64,000 nucleotides of DNA, from assembly GCA_024281675.1 (NCBI GenBank), contig JAMXAG010000008.1:17737-81736 (forward strand), given 5' to 3'. The stretch is from Nitrosomonas sp. (GTDB taxonomy: Bacteria > Pseudomonadota > Gammaproteobacteria > Burkholderiales > Nitrosomonadaceae). A program made the translations under genes and the position numbers. Below the pieces are notes generated by a model, which worked only from the letters and a program-made list of their open reading frames with translations, made no database searches and was not told where the DNA came from. This document shows, piece by piece, positions 23,178-34,377 of the stretch; within the stretch, counting starts at the first letter, position 1; each line of letters opens with the position of its first letter.

Positions 23178-24965
23178 TCATTTCTTTGGTAAAAAAAGAT
23201 CAGTAATGGTTCCCTCAGCTATTTCAGAGGCGAACAATATGGTTTCGGAAAGAGTTGGATGAGGGTGAATCGTTAAACTTAGATCTTGCATATCCGCACC
23301 CATTTCCAAAGCCAAAACCGTTTCAGCAATTAATTCCCCGGCATTGATACCGACGATGCCGGCACCAAGAATTCGGCGCGAATTCTTTTCAAGAATCAAT
23401 TGTGTCAAACCCTCTTCACGCGACATGGAAATGGCACGCCCACTGGCAGCCCAGGGAAAACTGGCTTTTTCATAATCGATGCCTTGTTTGATAGCCTCTT
23501 TTTCTGTTAATCCCATCCAAGCAATTTCAGGATCTGTGTAAGCAACCGAAGGAATGGTCCGCGCATCGAAAGCCACATTGTGTCCAGCGATCACTTCAGC
23601 GGCAAGCTTGCCTTCATAGGTAGCCTTATGTGCCAACATGGGTTCTCCGACGATATCTCCAACCGCAAAAATATGATTAAGATTGGTGCGCATTTGTAGA
23701 TCCACTGGAATAAATCCTTGCTTGCTGACGTGAATACCGATTTCTTCTGCACCGATTGTATGTCCATTCGGGCGGCGTCCAACCGCCAATAAAATCCGAT
23801 CATATATTTGGGCTTCAGGAGCACTTTCACCTTCAAAAGTAACTTTCAAACCCTGTTCGATTGCGGCAATCTGCGTAACTTTGGTTTTTAAATAAATCGC
23901 TTCGTAACGTTTTTTGATCCGCCGCTGCAAAGGTTTCACTAACTCGGCATCAGCACCTGGAATTAACTGATCCATCCATTCCACCACTGTAATTTTACTA
24001 CCGAGAGCAGCATAAACTGTAGCCATTTCCAAACCAATGATGCCACCGCCAATAATCAGCATACGTTGTGGAATATCCCGCAAGGCCAGTGCAGCAGTCG
24101 AATCCATCATGCGTGGATCTTCATATGGAAAATCAGGAATGCGTGTGACACTGGAACCAGCTGCGATGATGCAATTCTCGAATGAAATTGTTTTTTTACC
24201 TGCATGCGTTTCCACTTCAATCAAGTAAGGATTGGCAAATTTTGCTGTGCCATAAACGACTTCTACCTTACGCTGCTTGGCCAGCGCTTTTAATCCTTTG
24301 GTAAGTTTACCGATAACCGATTCTTTCCAATTGCGTAATTGATCGATATCAAGCTTTGCTTCGTCAAAAGTAATGCCATGGGCTTTTGCATCTTCTGCAT
24401 CGGTGATGACTTTAGCTGCATGTAGTAGTGCTTTGGATGGAATACAACCAACATTCAGGCAAACACCACCCAGAGAGGGATAATGCTCGATTAACACCAC
24501 CTTCTTGCCCAGATCCGCAGCACGAAAAGCAGCCGTGTAACCACCAGGGCCAGCACCAATCACAGCAACATCGGCATGTATGTCTCCAGGTACAATTGTC
24601 GGCTTCGATAGGCTGGAAGATTGTTGTACGTTATCGAAAGATACCGCATGATCAATCGCTGGTTTTGCAGGATCTGCATCTACCGGAGTGGTTGGTTCTG
24701 GATGTTTTATGGGAACGGATGCTTCCGCCACCGCTAACGTTAATAACACCGAGCCTTCAGATACCTTGTCGCCCACCTTGACTTGAATTGCATTAACTTG
24801 ACCCGCTTGAGGGGAAGGGATTTCCATCGAAGCTTTATCAGTTTCTAGCGTAACGAGTGCTGTTTCTTTCTCAACGGTATCGCCTGGAGCTACTAATATT
24901 TCAATGATGGGAACATCCTTGAAATCACCAATATCGGGTATTTTTATTTCGATTATGCGTGTCAT
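23178..24965 (-). CDS. lpdA: Dihydrolipoamide dehydrogenase with N-terminal lipoyl domain
   Basis: [10 protein letters not shown] lipoyl site, [26 protein letters not shown]. Confidence 0.95.
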   Translation of the reverse strand: MTRIIEIKIPDIGDFKDVPIIEILVAPGDTVEKETALVTLETDKASMEIPSPQAGQVNAIQVKVGDKVSEGSVLLTLAVAEASVPIKHPEPTTPVDADPAKPAIDHAVSFDNVQQSSSLSKPTIVPGDIHADVAVIGAGPGGYTAAFRAADLGKKVVLIEHYPSLGGVCLNVGCIPSKALLHAAKVITDAEDAKAHGITFDEAKLDIDQLRNWKESVIGKLTKGLKALAKQRKVEVVYGTAKFANPYLIEVETHAGKKTISFENCIIAAGSSVTRIPDFPYEDPRMMDSTAALALRDIPQRMLIIGGGIIGLEMATVYAALGSKITVVEWMDQLIPGADAELVKPLQRRIKKRYEAIYLKTKVTQIAAIEQGLKVTFEGESAPEAQIYDRILLAVGRRPNGHTIGAEEIGIHVSKQGFIPVDLQMRTNLNHIFAVGDIVGEPMLAHKATYEGKLAAEVIAGHNVAFDARTIPSVAYTDPEIAWMGLTEKEAIKQGIDYEKASFPWAASGRAISMSREEGLTQLILEKNSRRILGAGIVGINAGELIAETVLALEMGADMQDLSLTIHPHPTLSETILFASEIAEGTITDLFLPKK

Positions 24966-25073
24966 ATTTTGCGTCGTACTTACTATGTGTAACTCTATTA
25001 AATCTCAGCGGGTTGTACGCTTTGTGAATAAATTAGGATTTGCGGTAACCGACGTCGTTGCGGTTGTTATCAA

Positions 25074-26339
25074 TTACTGTCTTACCTGCCCATTACCCAG
25101 TACGATAAATTTTTGACTGGTAAGTCCTTCCAAACCTACGGGGCCACGGGCGTGAATTTTATCAGTGGAAATACCAATTTCGGCACCCAGACCATATTCG
25201 AAACCATCTGCGAAGCGCGTCGAAGCGTTGACCATCACTGAACTGGAATCAACCTCCCGGAGAAAACGTTGCGCATGCGAGTAATTTTCAGTAACGATAG
25301 CATCCGTGTGTTGCGATCCGTACTGCGTAATATGGTCAATTGCTTGATCTAGATTATCAACGATACGAACGCTTAAAATCGGTGCCAAATACTCTTCATA
25401 CCAGTCCTGTTCGGCTGCAGCTTTCATTTGCGGCACCTTGCTACAGGCTGTACCATCCCCTCGCAGTTCCACGCCTTTTTCCCTATAAATTTTGCTCAAT
25501 TCTGGCAGTACCTTATCTACAATGGCTCGGTGAATCAATAGCGTTTCCATGGTATTACAAGTGCCATAGCGCTGTGTTTTAGCGTTATCAGCAATACGAA
25601 TAGCTTTATCGATGTCAGCCTGTTCATCAATATACACATGGCACACACCATCAAGATGTTTAATAACCGGAATGCGCGCTTCTTTCGCGACCCGCTCTAT
25701 CAATCCCTTGCCGCCGCGCGGTATAATCACATCGACATCATCTTGCATCGTGATCAATTCACCCACTGCAGCGCGATCGGTCGTTTCGATCACCTGTACC
25801 GCCGTTTCTGGCAAACCTGCTTTTCGCAAACCTTCCTTGACGCATGCCACTATTGCTTGATTACTGTGGATGGCTTCTGACCCCCCACGCAAAATGGCTA
25901 CATTGCCTGCTTTTAAGCACAAGGCCGCTGCATCGGCGGTTACATTGGGGCGTGCTTCGTAGATAATGCCAACGACCCCCAACGGCACGCGCATCTTACC
26001 GACTTGGATTCCAGAAGGCCGATAATGAAGTCCGCTGATTTCACCCACTGGATCAGGCAAAGCGGAAATTTGCATTAAACCCTCCGCCATCGTCGCGACA
26101 CTTTTTGTAGAAAGCGTTAGGCGGTCAATCATTGCCACTTCCAAACCTTGAGCGCATGCGTTATCCACATCCTTGGCGTTAGCTGCTAATAGCAAAGCTT
26201 CATCGCGACGAATAGCATTGGCCATTGCCGTCAATGCATTATTTTTTGTTGCCGTATCGGCTTTAGCGATTAATCGCGATGCTGCACGAGCCGTTTTCCC
26301 AACGGTTTTCATGTATTGCTTAATATCGAGTATGTCCAT
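25074..26339 (-). CDS. proA: Gamma-glutamyl phosphate reductase
   Basis: [56 protein letters not shown]. Confidence 0.97.
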   Translation of the reverse strand: MDILDIKQYMKTVGKTARAASRLIAKADTATKNNALTAMANAIRRDEALLLAANAKDVDNACAQGLEVAMIDRLTLSTKSVATMAEGLMQISALPDPVGEISGLHYRPSGIQVGKMRVPLGVVGIIYEARPNVTADAAALCLKAGNVAILRGGSEAIHSNQAIVACVKEGLRKAGLPETAVQVIETTDRAAVGELITMQDDVDVIIPRGGKGLIERVAKEARIPVIKHLDGVCHVYIDEQADIDKAIRIADNAKTQRYGTCNTMETLLIHRAIVDKVLPELSKIYREKGVELRGDGTACSKVPQMKAAAEQDWYEEYLAPILSVRIVDNLDQAIDHITQYGSQHTDAIVTENYSHAQRFLREVDSSSVMVNASTRFADGFEYGLGAEIGISTDKIHARGPVGLEGLTSQKFIVLGNGQVRQ

Positions 26340-26449
26340 ATATTGCGAATTAGTAACTGCTAGAATCGATTATTGATCAATATGATTATAGTACAAGATG
26401 TAGCCCCGCTTGGTTGGGGAGTTTTTTTATTTTAAATTGGAGAATCAAA

Positions 26450-26800
26450 ATGACAACCATACAGATATTTGACCCTGCTTCATGTTGTAGCTCAGGCGTT
26501 TGCGGTTCCGACGTAGACCAAGAATTGGTCGGTTTTTCCGCTGATGTCGACTGGGCCAAACAACAAGGTGCTGCCATTGAACGCTTTAATCTGGCGCAAC
26601 AGCCGATGGCTTTTGCGGATAATTCTATAGTAAAAGCATTCTTGGAACGCTCCGGTGCTGAAGCGCTACCATTGATTCTCGTAGATGGAGAAGTGGCATT
26701 AGCAGGCCGCTATCCAAATCGCGGTGAACTGGCGCGCTGGACTGGCGCTACTGTGGAAGAAGAAACCGAAGAATCCAGTTGCTGCGGCGGCTGTTGTTAA
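26450..26800 (+). CDS. arsD: Arsenite metallochaperone ArsD
   Basis: FDPASCCSSGVCG, RFNLAQQP, LPLILVDGE, C-terminal CCGGCC. Confidence 0.93.
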   Translation: MTTIQIFDPASCCSSGVCGSDVDQELVGFSADVDWAKQQGAAIERFNLAQQPMAFADNSIVKAFLERSGAEALPLILVDGEVALAGRYPNRGELARWTGATVEEETEESSCCGGCC

Positions 26801-26820
26801 CGAAAACCTGAGCCAACCAG

Positions 26821-28602
26821 ATGACGCAACTCAAATTCCTCGATCAACCGCCCCGATTTCTGTTCTTTACTGGCAAGGGCGGCGTCGGCAAAACGTCGTT
26901 GGCTTGCGCTACCGCGATAACGCTGGCCGATGCCGGTCAGCGGGTATTATTGGTCAGCACCGATCCGGCTTCCAACGTGGGTCAGGTGTTCGGCACGACG
27001 ATTGGCAATAAGATTACAGCAATTACTGCTGTGCCTCGCTTAGCCGCTCTGGAAATCGACCCGCAAGCAGCCGCGCAAGTCTATCGTGATCGCATTGTCA
27101 ATCCGGTGCGCGGTGTATTGCCGGACACGGTGGTCAAAGGTATCGAAGAGCAACTATCCGGCGCGTGCACGACCGAAATTGCCGCTTTCGATGAATTTAC
27201 CGCTTTGTTGGTCGATTCGGCGCTGACAGCGGATTACGATCATATTATTTTTGACACCGCCCCCACCGGCCACACCATACGATTGCTGCAACTGCCCGGC
27301 GCATGGAGTGATTTTCTTGCGGAAGGCAAAGGCGATGCGTTATGTCTTGGTCCATTGGCAGGATTAGAAAAACAACGCGCACAATACAAAGCGGCGGTAG
27401 ATGCGCTCGCCGATTCGCAACGCACCCGGCTAGTATTGGTGGCTCGTGCACAGCAAACCACGTTACGCGAAGTAGCGCGGACACACGAAGAATTAGCAGC
27501 CATTGGATTGACGAAGCAATTCCTGGTCATTAATGGATTGTTTCCACAGGCAGAAACAGTACAGGATCCATTGGCAACTGCAATCTTCCAACGTGAACAG
27601 AACACTTTGGCGGCTATACCGAAAGTTCTCAATCAATTACCACGTGATCATATAGAGCTTAAACCGTTTAACCTAGTCGGATTGACAGCCTTGCGAAAAC
27701 TATTGATTGATGATTTGCCTGTCGAAGGCGACAGAGAATGTACACATAAGGCAATACCATTTCCCAGCTTATCCAGTTTGACTGATGAGATTGCCAAAGA
27801 CGGATGCGGTTTAATCATGCTGATGGGCAAAGGCGGAGTTGGCAAAACCACCCTTGCTGCGGCTATCGCGGTCAATCTTGCACATCGGGGCTTGCCAGTA
27901 CACCTAACCACCTCAGACCCGGCAGCGCATTTGAGTGAAACACTCAGCGGCGCTATGGATAACCTGCTGGTTGATCGGATTGATCCGCACATGGAAACCG
28001 AACGCTATCGGCAGCGTGTTCTGGAAACCAAGGGTTCGCGTCTGGATGCACAAGGCAGAGCATTGCTGGAAGAAGACTTACGTTCGCCTTGCACCGAAGA
28101 AATTGCGGTATTTCAAGCATTCTCGCGCATTATCCGCGAAGCGGGAAAGCAATTCGTGGTGATAGATACCGCACCCACCGGGCATACACTATTGTTACTG
28201 GATGCCACCGGCGCCTATCATCGCGAAGTTGCCAAACAAATGGATAGTCATTCCATCGCGCACTACACCACGCCGATGATGCAACTTCAGAATCCCAAGC
28301 AGACCAAAATATTGCTTGTCACATTAGCGGAAACGACACCGGTACTGGAAGCTGCCAACCTGCAAGCCGATTTACGCCGTGCTGGTATTGAGCCGTGGGC
28401 GTGGATCATCAATAACAGCATAGCTGCAACTACTGTGAAATCACCTTTATTGTGTCAGCGTGCCAATAATGAGCTTACTGATATCGAAACCGTATCGACC
28501 ATGCACGCAAAACGCTATGCCGTCGTGCCTTTGCTCAAAGAGGAACCTATTGGTGTTCATCGGTTATTGGAATTAACACAAGGTAGCGCGACTGAACATT
28601 AA
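26821..28602 (+). CDS. arsA: Arsenite-stimulated ATPase ArsA
   Basis: Two GKGGVGKT motifs, two DTAPTGH motifs, metal-binding Cys in GACTTE, LCLGP and SPCTEE. Confidence 0.95.
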   Translation: MTQLKFLDQPPRFLFFTGKGGVGKTSLACATAITLADAGQRVLLVSTDPASNVGQVFGTTIGNKITAITAVPRLAALEIDPQAAAQVYRDRIVNPVRGVLPDTVVKGIEEQLSGACTTEIAAFDEFTALLVDSALTADYDHIIFDTAPTGHTIRLLQLPGAWSDFLAEGKGDALCLGPLAGLEKQRAQYKAAVDALADSQRTRLVLVARAQQTTLREVARTHEELAAIGLTKQFLVINGLFPQAETVQDPLATAIFQREQNTLAAIPKVLNQLPRDHIELKPFNLVGLTALRKLLIDDLPVEGDRECTHKAIPFPSLSSLTDEIAKDGCGLIMLMGKGGVGKTTLAAAIAVNLAHRGLPVHLTTSDPAAHLSETLSGAMDNLLVDRIDPHMETERYRQRVLETKGSRLDAQGRALLEEDLRSPCTEEIAVFQAFSRIIREAGKQFVVIDTAPTGHTLLLLDATGAYHREVAKQMDSHSIAHYTTPMMQLQNPKQTKILLVTLAETTPVLEAANLQADLRRAGIEPWAWIINNSIAATTVKSPLLCQRANNELTDIETVSTMHAKRYAVVPLLKEEPIGVHRLLELTQGSATEH

Positions 28603-28721
28603 TCACTTGATCGCTCCTGAGATACACACAATCTATAAATAGTGCACATTTGTACTTAATGTCACAAATTTTGCACAATCGAAGTAGAAGCGGTTCGGTT
28701 ATGTTTCTAGGTCATTGATAA

Positions 28722-28767
28722 TGGTGCTGTTGAGAGGAGTCGAACCTCCGACCTACTGATTACGAAT
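28722..28767 (-). other. att site 1: 3' half of tRNA-Thr(CGT) (anticodon loop to CCA), no 5' half
   Basis: Reverse complement ATTCGTAATCAGTAGGTCGGAGGTTCGACTCCTCTCAACAGCACCA has anticodon CGT, T-arm and CCA; lies 155 bp from an integrase. Confidence 0.85.
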
Positions 28768-28885
28768 TCTAAAATATACTGTTTTACGTTGTTTTAATAT
28801 TTTTGAATATCCATTCATATCATTGTTTTGTATTGATTTTTACTGTTAAGTTGTTTTAAACTCCACCCCATGGTTTTACGCCCAC

Positions 28886-28905
28886 TGTCTACATAGTGTC
28901 TACAT
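28886..28905 (+). repeat. Tandem TGTCTACAT direct repeats (putative integrase arm-binding sites)
   Basis: tgtctacat-ag-tgtctacat just upstream of int; degenerate copy at 41868-41887. Confidence 0.5.
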
Positions 28906-28922
28906 GAAAGGAGATTAAAACA

Positions 28923-30185
28923 ATGACTACACCCCAAACGCCTCCGCAAAAAATCACAAAATCCTATGTAGACAAATTGTCTACACCAGAAACCGGACAA
29001 GCCTTTATCCGTGATACCGAACTCAAAGGTTTCGCCGTGCGTATTACTTCATCCGGCGCAAAATCATTTATTCTCGAAAAGAGAATTGATGGCAAAGTGA
29101 AGCGATTAACGTTAGGCCGGTATCCTGAGCTAACTGTCGAACAAGCCAGAAAGGAAGCGCATAAATTACTTGGTCACATCGCTGTTGGCCGCAATCCCGC
29201 TGCCGAGAAAAAGCAGGAAGCGCTACAAGGCACCACATTAAAACAAGCCTTCGATGATTTCGTAAAGACGCGAAAAAATCTCAAGGAACGAACGCTCTAC
29301 GATTACCGGCGAGTAATGGCCGTCGTTTTTGCCGACTGGCAGGATAAAACGATAACCGGTATCAATAAGGACATGGTCAGCAAGCGCCATAACAAAATTG
29401 GGGCGGAAAGAGGGGAAGCCTATGCCAACCTGGCTATGCGCTTTTTACGTGCGCTGTTTAATTTTGCCATTGCACAATATGAGGATGGCAATGGACATTC
29501 AATATTACGGGAGAATCCCGTTATGCGTCTGACGCAAACCCGCGCATGGTATCGGGTAGATCGTCGCCAAACCGCTATCAAACCTCATCAACTTTCTCCT
29601 TGGTATGAAGCCGTGATGTCGCTTAAGCAAGATCAAATATCTAACCAATCTGCAATGGTAGCCGATTATCTTTTATTTCTTTTATTTACAGGTCTAAGAC
29701 GACAAGAAGCGGCAACGCTAAAATGGTCGAATATAGATTTGGATGATCGCTCTTTCACATTGACCGATACCAAGAATCGGGAACCTTTGACATTGCCGCT
29801 AACTGATTTTGTCTTCGATCTACTGCAAAGCAGAAAAGCCGTGACCGATTCTGAATATGTTTTTGCTGGGGATGGTAAAAAGGGATACTTGATTGAACCT
29901 CGCCGCCAAGTGCAAAAGGTCATTCAATTATCCGAAGTATCGTTCACACTACACGATCTACGCCGCACTTTTATCACGATTGCCGAAAGTATCGATATAT
30001 CCGCTTATGCACTTAAACGGCTGGTAAATCATAAAATGACCAACGATGTCACTGCTGGCTATATTATCAGCGATGTCGAACGCTTGCGAAAACCCATGCA
30101 ACAAATATCCTCCCAATTGCTTCGATATTTCAAAATCAAAGATGACAAGAAGATATTGCCATTTCAAAAGCACCAAAGCGCTTGA
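28923..30185 (+). CDS. Tyrosine recombinase/integrase with N-terminal arm-binding domain
   Basis: RDTELKGFAVR...RLTLGRYP arm domain; TGLRRQEA, LHDLRRTF, LVNHK...TAGY catalytic residues. Confidence 0.95.
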   Translation: MTTPQTPPQKITKSYVDKLSTPETGQAFIRDTELKGFAVRITSSGAKSFILEKRIDGKVKRLTLGRYPELTVEQARKEAHKLLGHIAVGRNPAAEKKQEALQGTTLKQAFDDFVKTRKNLKERTLYDYRRVMAVVFADWQDKTITGINKDMVSKRHNKIGAERGEAYANLAMRFLRALFNFAIAQYEDGNGHSILRENPVMRLTQTRAWYRVDRRQTAIKPHQLSPWYEAVMSLKQDQISNQSAMVADYLLFLLFTGLRRQEAATLKWSNIDLDDRSFTLTDTKNREPLTLPLTDFVFDLLQSRKAVTDSEYVFAGDGKKGYLIEPRRQVQKVIQLSEVSFTLHDLRRTFITIAESIDISAYALKRLVNHKMTNDVTAGYIISDVERLRKPMQQISSQLLRYFKIKDDKKILPFQKHQSA

Positions 30186-30209
30186 ATATAACATTTTATA
30201 ACTTATAAT

Positions 30210-30476
30210 ATGCACAATCCGTACAATTTATTGATCCGGCCGCAAGCCAAAAAGAAATTGCAAAGCCTGCCGAGAACGGATCGATTCAGGATTGCCGAAA
30301 AACTGGAACAGCTAGGTCGTAATCCTGATGACAGCTCACTGGATATCAAGAAATTGGAAGGTGAACCTTATTTTCGGTTAAGAGTTGGTAATTGGCGCAT
30401 TATTTTTGAACGGCACGATGCCGTTAGGATCATTGCCATTGAGAAAATTAAACCGCGTGGAGATGCATACAAATGA
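30210..30476 (+). CDS. RelE/ParE-family toxin
   Basis: AKKKLQSLP...IKKLEGEPYFRLRVGNWRIIF; 4-bp overlap with the antitoxin gene. Confidence 0.88.
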   Translation: MHNPYNLLIRPQAKKKLQSLPRTDRFRIAEKLEQLGRNPDDSSLDIKKLEGEPYFRLRVGNWRIIFERHDAVRIIAIEKIKPRGDAYK

Positions 30477-30805
30477 CACTGCAAAAAATAAAATCCATTC
30501 AAGGCAAAGACGAATATGTCCTGTTACCGATGGCGGTTTACCGTGCCTTGAAAGATCAGATCGAAAAGGAATTGGCAGCTTGCGAAGCAAATCAGAATGA
30601 CGAACAAACCTATGAACCGTTTGTGCTTGAGGACTATGTTGATAATCCCGTGGCGCTTGCGCGAATCAAAGCCGGTATTACACAAGAGCAATTAGCTCAG
30701 CGCCTAGGCGTCAGTCAAGCTTATGTTAGCCAAATTGAACGCCGCGACACCGTAACTAATAAGATGCTTGAACAAGTGCATTCGGCTATTCAGAGTAGTG
30801 ACTAA
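30473..30805 (+). CDS. XRE/HTH antitoxin
   Basis: ARIKAGITQEQLAQRLGVSQAYVSQIER. Confidence 0.88.
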   Translation: MTLQKIKSIQGKDEYVLLPMAVYRALKDQIEKELAACEANQNDEQTYEPFVLEDYVDNPVALARIKAGITQEQLAQRLGVSQAYVSQIERRDTVTNKMLEQVHSAIQSSD

Positions 30806-30854
30806 TACTCATCTTATTTTGTTCAATTTTCTTTGCCACCGCGAAGCGGGCTTG

Positions 30855-31029
30855 CCCTTGACAGGCTGCCACCGCTCAAGAAAATAACCAGGCAGGAAGG
30901 ATTGAAGCGCAATTACTTCTACGCACAAACTGACCACGCAAAACCGCAGTGACCTTGTTCCCCACCCGGCCACAAAACCTCAATCTTTCATACTAAACCA
31001 CACTTCGAGCGGCGGCAGCCTGTCAAGGG
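30855..31029. repeat. 23-bp inverted repeat pair enclosing 129 bp
   Basis: cccttgacaggctgccaccgctc (30855-30877) vs gagcggcggcagcctgtcaaggg (31007-31029), 22/23 complementary. Confidence 0.8.
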
Positions 31030-31125
31030 TGGCAAGTCAATCCGGCAAATCAAATACGAATTTTCTAAAGTGTTCAGATTATTGAACCGTCATTTGGCAT
31101 TATCTATCACTACGGAAAACTCACT

Positions 31126-31791
31126 ATGCATGTAGAAAATAGCCCTGACTTCAAAACTGTCTGGCAATTAGCGCATAACTGGATAGGCGCTGACCTGGAC
31201 AAGACCAATTTAAGCGCAATCTCACCTGAATTAAAAACAGCTATTCATCGCTTGATGCAGGCAATGTCAAGCATGGAAATTACCGGCAGATGGAAAGGGT
31301 TGCGAATCTTTATGGATAATTCCTTTCTCTCTTCACTTTTTGATCTTTATCACACCTTTAAATTTTATCAATGCTTCAGAAAAAACAAATTCGATAAAGA
31401 CTATCTAGATAACCTTTACATAAAGCGTAATGAAGTTTTAAGATGGTGCGAAAATATCATTTATTTAGATCCTCCACCCTGCTGGGCATTAAAAATAATA
31501 TCGTCTAAAAATGACATATCTGCTGAAGTTGAAGATACTGATGATGAGAACAATAGCTGGTACGATAAAATAACGAAGCGACGCAGACAAAGAATAGTCT
31601 GTATCGAATTAGCAAAGCAGCTCTGGGAGCAATATCCGGGCATAAGTTACGAAGAAATGCATAAGCATCCCACTATGCAACAATTGGGCTATTCATCTAC
31701 TTTTACCTTCAAATCTTTTAAGAATTTGGTTCGATTCGTTGCATCGGAACCCGCCCAGCTACCTGGAGCACCTGCAAAAACAAAGGAATAG
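31126..31791 (+). CDS. Hypothetical protein upstream of the excisionase
   Basis: 221-aa AT-rich ORF; no family recognised. Confidence 0.6.
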   Translation: MHVENSPDFKTVWQLAHNWIGADLDKTNLSAISPELKTAIHRLMQAMSSMEITGRWKGLRIFMDNSFLSSLFDLYHTFKFYQCFRKNKFDKDYLDNLYIKRNEVLRWCENIIYLDPPPCWALKIISSKNDISAEVEDTDDENNSWYDKITKRRRQRIVCIELAKQLWEQYPGISYEEMHKHPTMQQLGYSSTFTFKSFKNLVRFVASEPAQLPGAPAKTKE

Positions 31792-31904
31792 AAAATCATA
31801 ATTATTCCTAAAAAAATAAATATATTTCTATTTTTCTAGCATCTTTTTTTACACCATCATTTAATGCAAATTGATCTCGTATTCACTAACTTACGAGGTC
31901 AATC

Positions 31905-32099
31905 ATGCAAAACCCTTTACTCACGACTAAACAAGCCGCACAAATCTTAGGCGTCAGCACCGCATTCCTGGAGCGAGACCGCTGGGCTGGAGCGCGGGTG
32001 CCTTTCGTCAAAATAGGCTCACGGGCAGTTCGCTATCGCCATAGCGATCTGCTCGCCTATATTGAATCCTGTCTCTGTCAATCCACCAGTCAGTACTGA
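31905..32099 (+). CDS. AlpA/excisionase-like HTH protein
   Basis: [14 protein letters not shown]...[22 protein letters not shown]; 64 aa. Confidence 0.85.
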   Translation: MQNPLLTTKQAAQILGVSTAFLERDRWAGARVPFVKIGSRAVRYRHSDLLAYIESCLCQSTSQY

Positions 32100-32107
32100 G
32101 GTGTATC

Positions 32108-33784
32108 ATGCATACGTCAGTACGTGATAGCCAAGAGCTACTTACTCCCAGCGAACAGATTGCAGAAAGTGTTTTAAGTTTACTGGATGAACCGAATAAC
32201 AGCGACAAGCGATGGCGTGCGCCCATATTCCAGAGACTCCCCAAACGCTTTGCTGAAAACGCTGCCTACGACTATAAAGAAACCTACATCTTTGAAGGCA
32301 GGCGCCATGCCAATCTCTTTCTACTCCAAACCTATGGGAAATCCAACAAACACAGCATTCCGCTCAATGCTAACGATGATGACCTGAAAGCGATATCTAA
32401 GCGTATCGTGACAGAAATCAAGGATTTTAGTAATTTCCTGCTCAATCGAACCGACAAAATAGCCAGCCTGCTGCACTATGCGCAAAAATATGACGTGAAT
32501 CTACCTTCTTTTGATAATCCAAATATCACAGAGAAAGGTATTTATACCCGCTTAACCGATGAAAACTGGTGGCTGCGCAGACTACGTAAAACCCATGCCA
32601 GGAATCTGGAACAAGAAGCGATTCGAACCGGTTTCGTGCATCAGCGTAAAGGCAAGTACGTCAGCGATGAAACCCTGCAACGGCGTAGAGAACAGAAAAA
32701 ACGCAACCAGCGCATCCTTGAAGGATTGCTGATGATCAATGAGCTGGATGAAGGCTTCACACTCAGCGAACTGGCAGAACATAGCTTAGCTAATCCGCAT
32801 GTACGACGCAGTGAATTGATGGTACGCCTATTCGGATTTGAATTCATTGCCAACGAATTGGGACATGTTGGCGAATTCTATACCATCACTTGTCCATCCA
32901 AAATGCATGCCCGGCATTCCGGCAGCGGTGAACGTAATTCTAAATATGACGGCACCACACCGGAACAGGCGCAAAAGTATCTCAATACGGTCTGGGCAAG
33001 AATTCGCGCAAAACTGAAGCGGGATCATCTAGAAATTTATGGTTTCCGAATTGCCGAACCACAACATGATGGTACACCGCACTGGCACATATTGTTATTC
33101 ATGCCACCCGAACAAACTGCAAAGGTTCAGGCTATCATTCGGCATTACGCCCTGCAAACCGATGGCGATGAACCGGGCGCAAATGAACACCGTTTCAACA
33201 CAACCCCCATTGATAAAAGCAAAGGTACCGCCGTCAGTTATGTCGCGAAATACATTTCAAAAAACATCGACGGCCACGGCCTTGAACAGGATATTGACGG
33301 CAGCCCGATACAAGAAGCGGCTGAACGGGTGGAAGCCTGGGCTTCAACTTGGAGCATTCGACAATTCCAACAAATTGGCGGCGCACCTGTCAGCATTTGG
33401 CGGGAACTCAGAAGAATCCACGATGCACCTGAAGGCATCCTTGAACAAGCACGAAAAGCAGCCGACCAGAAAGAATGGTGGAAATTCATTCAGTTGATGG
33501 GCGGTATAACTTCTAAACGAAAAGACAATCCCATCAAGTTACTGAAAATAGAATCTAAAGAGCTAGGAAAGTATGGCGATCCGATAGGACAAAAAATCTG
33601 TGGCGTAAAAACTGATTCCATCCAGCTACCAACCCGTTTGCATCAATGGCGTATTGAAAAATGTGCAGTGAACACAGAACAGACTGAACGGCGAAGCGCA
33701 AAGCGCCCGAGTAGGAGCGGCAGCGACCGCGAGGTCGCATTTGCGGCGCAGCCGCCTTGGAGTTCTGTCAATAACTGTACGTAA
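32108..33784 (+). CDS. Rolling-circle replication endonuclease (phage P2 gpA-like, HUH)
   Basis: [27 protein letters not shown] (HUH), [12 protein letters not shown] (YxxxY), [18 protein letters not shown]; ends PWSSVNNCT. Confidence 0.92.
   Translation: MHTSVRDSQELLTPSEQIAESVLSLLDEPNNSDKRWRAPIFQRLPKRFAENAAYDYKETYIFEGRRHANLFLLQTYGKSNKHSIPLNANDDDLKAISKRIVTEIKDFSNFLLNRTDKIASLLHYAQKYDVNLPSFDNPNITEKGIYTRLTDENWWLRRLRKTHARNLEQEAIRTGFVHQRKGKYVSDETLQRRREQKKRNQRILEGLLMINELDEGFTLSELAEHSLANPHVRRSELMVRLFGFEFIANELGHVGEFYTITCPSKMHARHSGSGERNSKYDGTTPEQAQKYLNTVWARIRAKLKRDHLEIYGFRIAEPQHDGTPHWHILLFMPPEQTAKVQAIIRHYALQTDGDEPGANEHRFNTTPIDKSKGTAVSYVAKYISKNIDGHGLEQDIDGSPIQEAAERVEAWASTWSIRQFQQIGGAPVSIWRELRRIHDAPEGILEQARKAADQKEWWKFIQLMGGITSKRKDNPIKLLKIESKELGKYGDPIGQKICGVKTDSIQLPTRLHQWRIEKCAVNTEQTERRSAKRPSRSGSDREVAFAAQPPWSSVNNCT
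33723..33778 (+). other. Putative rolling-circle origin/nick site within the rep 3' end
   Basis: Two GC hairpins (gcgacc-gcga-ggtcgc; gcggc-gca-gccgc) followed by CCTTGGAGTTCTGTCAATAACTG, resembling the P2-family ori as recalled. Confidence 0.6.
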
Positions 33785-34247
33785 GATAATAGTTTCGTCA
33801 ATCCATGATCAAATATGTACTATTTTTAATCTAATTGTATAGAGTCTCTGAAATAGTGAGTGTTACTGAGTTTGATATGGATGTTGAATCCTTAAATCAA
33901 ACTTAATAATAAGTGGTACCAATGTCATGTACTAACAACCTAATTATCAAACACAAAGAAGGGTAACTCAATTTTTCCCAAGAATTTGAAAATTTCTATA
34001 AATTCTGAAAGATTATGGGAGTATCCAGAAATATATTTTATTGAATTGAAGTGACAAACAATTTGGAAGCACTGATCAATCAGAATCGCCGTGTTCTAAT
34101 GTTAAGAACTTTGTTGATGAAACGATAGAACAAACCGTTTGAGTTATGCGATTAAATATCCGATGTATAGTCAATATCGAACCAGTAATGAATTACGCTA
34201 GTAAGCGATTAGATTAGTTTACGTGATTTACATTCTGAGGATATGAT

Positions 34248-34345
34248 TAAAAAAGAAACGGGAACCGAAGTTCCCATTTCATATCGGTGGGCTTTTAAGC
34301 CCTTGTTGCCGACAGTTCCCCACCATCGGAATAACTGATACAGTT
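34248..34345 (-). ncRNA. tracrRNA
   Basis: Anti-repeat 34305-34340, nexus hairpin gggct-taaa-agccc, UUCG-capped gggaac/gttccc hairpin and U-tract on the minus strand. Confidence 0.88.
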
Positions 34346-34348
34346 TAA

Positions 34349-34377
34349 ATTCTATCAAACAAAGCAAAAAGGGACAA
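34349..34377 (-). promoter_or_regulatory. Sigma70-like promoter for tracrRNA
   Basis: Minus strand TTGTCC-17 nt-TAGAAT (with extended TG), overlapping the cas9 5' leader. Confidence 0.55.

Noticed and set aside
33790-34240. Possible gene between rep and tracrRNA
   Set aside because: AT-rich with stops in all frames; may be a decayed ORF but nothing is identifiable
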